From Macrostomum hystrix (Eukaryota > Animalia > Platyhelminthes), in contig CATNEN010000015.1 in assembly GCA_950097015.1 (NCBI GenBank), forward strand, positions 124,001-188,000: a stretch of DNA of 64,000 bases. Reading direction: 5' to 3'. The notes beneath the pieces are model-generated. The model was not told where the DNA came from. It saw nothing but the letters and a program-made list of their open reading frames with translations, and did not search any database. How positions within the stretch are numbered: position 1 is the first letter of the stretch; each line of letters opens with the position of its first letter. A program made the position numbers and the translations under genes. Positions 61,551 through 64,000 of this stretch are shown in pieces.

Positions 61551-64000
61551 ATGTCCTTGCGTTGCACGAGGCCCAAGACATCCAGAGGCTTAGTGATTCC
61601 AGTTCGCCTTTTGTCCAGCTGCCCAACCCCGTCGGACAATGACAATTTCAAGGGCCGTTTGAAAAGGCACTCGCCGGACCAGCGAAACAGCAGCAACCGT
61701 CCGGTAGAGAATGGTAGTGGTGCAACCGGTGGGAATTTGGCACTACAGTGCAGCTACAGGAATCGACAGACTCGAGGTTTCGAGAGCAATGATCAGGTAC
61801 GGCTTCGAATTTATCTAAAAAGCCTCAGCAGCAGCAGCAGCAGCGATGGCAGCAGCTCTGGCAGTATGGTCAATAGGCAGGCCAGGCTCAGAAAGGTAAC
61901 AAAGTGCAAAAAGAATAAAGCAGATGCCACTAATGCAGTAGCCATGAGAACTCAGACATTTGCTGGAGGCGGCCACAGCAGCATGGCATACAAAAATAGC
62001 CACAGTTACTTCCGAGGCGGTCACTGCAACTCGGTGGCTCGTGGCGCCGGCTTCAGGATCTCTAAGGAAGAAGAGTCTGCCATTGGTCATCGCCTGGAGT
62101 TCGAGTTCCTCTCCAAAAGTCCTCTCGGACTGGAACCGGAGTCTCCTGACCCCACAAACGGTCTTGTTGGCGCAGCCAAAATGGCCTGCACAGTTGCTCC
62201 GGACCAGGAAGCAGCTCAGCAAACTGGAGCAACCATCACCAGCCAGAGTGATGCGTCCTCGATGCAGATGGGTTTCAGCGGCGAAGCCCGGGACAGAAAT
62301 CGGCCGACGGAGCCGCAGCCGCAGGAACAGTCGGGCAGTTTCAAACGGGACGGAACTCAAAGGCAACCTGGAACGCGGCTGAAGGAGCTCTTATTAGGCA
62401 TGGAGCCCGGCTACAGGAACACGCGTCAGGCCCGTGCGGTACAGAAAATTAACCAGAAGCGGCCGCTGAAACAGCCTCATCACCGCCCCGTTGCCATCTG
62501 GCGAAGATTGGACCAGACGCCACTTCAGCAGAAAAAGCAAAGGAAGCACAGGCGGTCCGAATCGACGAGCCCGGTTGTCCAAGCAAATCGCAATGTTTAT
62601 GGGCAGCCTGAAGCTCAGTCGTCGCGTCGAACCAGCAGTGCCAGACAATCCTGCTGCTGCCAGGCTGGCCAGCGCCCAACTGGCGACGATGAGTGGCCGC
62701 CGATGCATCTGACTCGCAATCAGCTGGTGAAACCGTGCGTCCGACAATGTGGAACCACGGACTACTCATCCTTCTCAGTTGGCCGCCCTGCCATGGACAA
62801 TCGTTTGATGGCTGGCACGTTCAGCCAGTGGCCGCCACAGTCGCTGCCGTGGCCGCGAAGTCGGATCCAGCTCACAATTCGCGCCGGGGAAGCCACCTGC
62901 CGCCAAGCCACACTCAACAAACAGGCGAAGAAGTCTGCCGCCTCCACCGCTGCTGTTGCCGACCCTGCTACTTCTGCTAATGCTGCCGCAAGCCGCGCTA
63001 ATGAGCGAATTTCGTCAAATCCTACATCGTCAAATTTGTACTGGACTGGCTCGGCGGCTGCCCATCCTAGATCAAAGAGTACAGGTAAGTCTGGTTGAAG
63101 CTTGAGCTAGCCCGAAGAACAGACTGAATATTTTATCAACACGAGCTCAGTCTTCATTGATCCGAACACTCGATTAGACGACATAGGAGAAGGAAGGAAA
63201 AACAGTGGAGGATATGTCGTAGACAGATTTTAGAACTCAAAGTCAGTGATTTGACTCACAGCGGTAATAGGCTCAGAATCGTTTTTGTTTTCTCCATTCG
63301 TCACAGACAAACGCGTCGTCAAAGCCACGAGAAATAACAACAGCAATAACAGCAACGCCAATAACTCTAGCACCATTGCTGGATTCAGAAACTGCGCTTC
63401 CTGCCATCAGTGCCGTAGTTGCTGCAGGTCAAGCTCAGTCTACCGCAAGATTCGCTCCATATACAGCTGGACAAAAGGCTTTAGCGATGAGCAGCTAATG
63501 CGGCAGTTCATCCGACCAGACGACGATGGACTGCGAGCGGCTCTTGAACAGTTCAGGGTTCAAGTCCAGGGGCAAGAGCAGCCGGACGAGCGACTGTTCG
63601 ACTCGAAAGGCGGCCGCGGGCTCTACAGCCTGACTGAGCGGCTGTGTGCGGCGGCGAGTGCCCCGTCGGACTGCCCCAGTGGTGCGACTGCTTCAGCTGG
63701 CGAGCCGCAGTGCGAGCGGTGTCGGCGCGAGCGGGTCTATCTTTACCAGCGCGACACTCGGCCCGCGATTTTGGGTTTGAGGGAGTTCAGCGATGTCCAG
63801 AGCGACAACAGAAACCATCGGCTACATGCCGCCATCGACGAATATTCGACGGAACTTGACTCGAATGCTTCCCATCTTAGCCAGCAGAATCGGAAGCGAA
63901 AGCGGCTGTTTGCACCCTCGCGAGCTCTGAAAAATGCAAACTCATCGGAGCAGCGGGCCAGAAGGAGTGACAGCAGCAGCAGCGATTTAGCAGAGTTACA
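61551..64000 (+). CDS. Uncharacterised protein, runs off the window end
   Basis: Exon 61551-63084 (ATG; donor ACAG|gtaagt) joins in phase 1 to an exon starting at 63307 that stays open to 64000 (..NCASCHQCRSCCRSSSVYRKIRSIYSWTKGFSDEQLMRQF..RKRKR). No family recognised. Confidence 0.6.

Overview
This is eukaryotic (invertebrate animal) genomic DNA with GC-rich exons, short GT-AG introns and many minisatellite-filled introns. The style resembles the flatworm Macrostomum, but that is an inference. Exon structures were assembled by eye from splice signals and reading frame. Host genes: a 13-exon ionotropic glutamate receptor-like gene (-); a kinase-less BAMBI-like TGF-beta pseudoreceptor (-, 5' exon not found); a MuSK/ROR/Nrk-type receptor tyrosine kinase (+) split by a 14.2-kb intron; a TESK/Cdi kinase (+); a hillarin/KY-like inactive transglutaminase-fold protein with a dynein-stalk-like C-terminus (-); and an unknown gene running off the right edge (+). 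Mobile DNA: a three-level nest (TIR MITE containing a Helitron containing a hAT MITE), an internally deleted IS630/Tc1 element beside a double hairpin, and a 2.2-kb non-autonomous LTR element with tandem tRNA-Lys primer sites inserted in a 48-bp satellite. The most interesting item is a ~7.8-kb element inside the RTK intron. It carries one apparently intact 7-exon gene (~1,332 aa) that fuses an N-terminal chromodomain, split over two small exons and invisible in the ORF track, to Zn-binding motifs, a tyrosine recombinase and a Myb/SANT-like tail. This is a candidate chromatin-reading tyrosine-recombinase transposon. No database searches were run.
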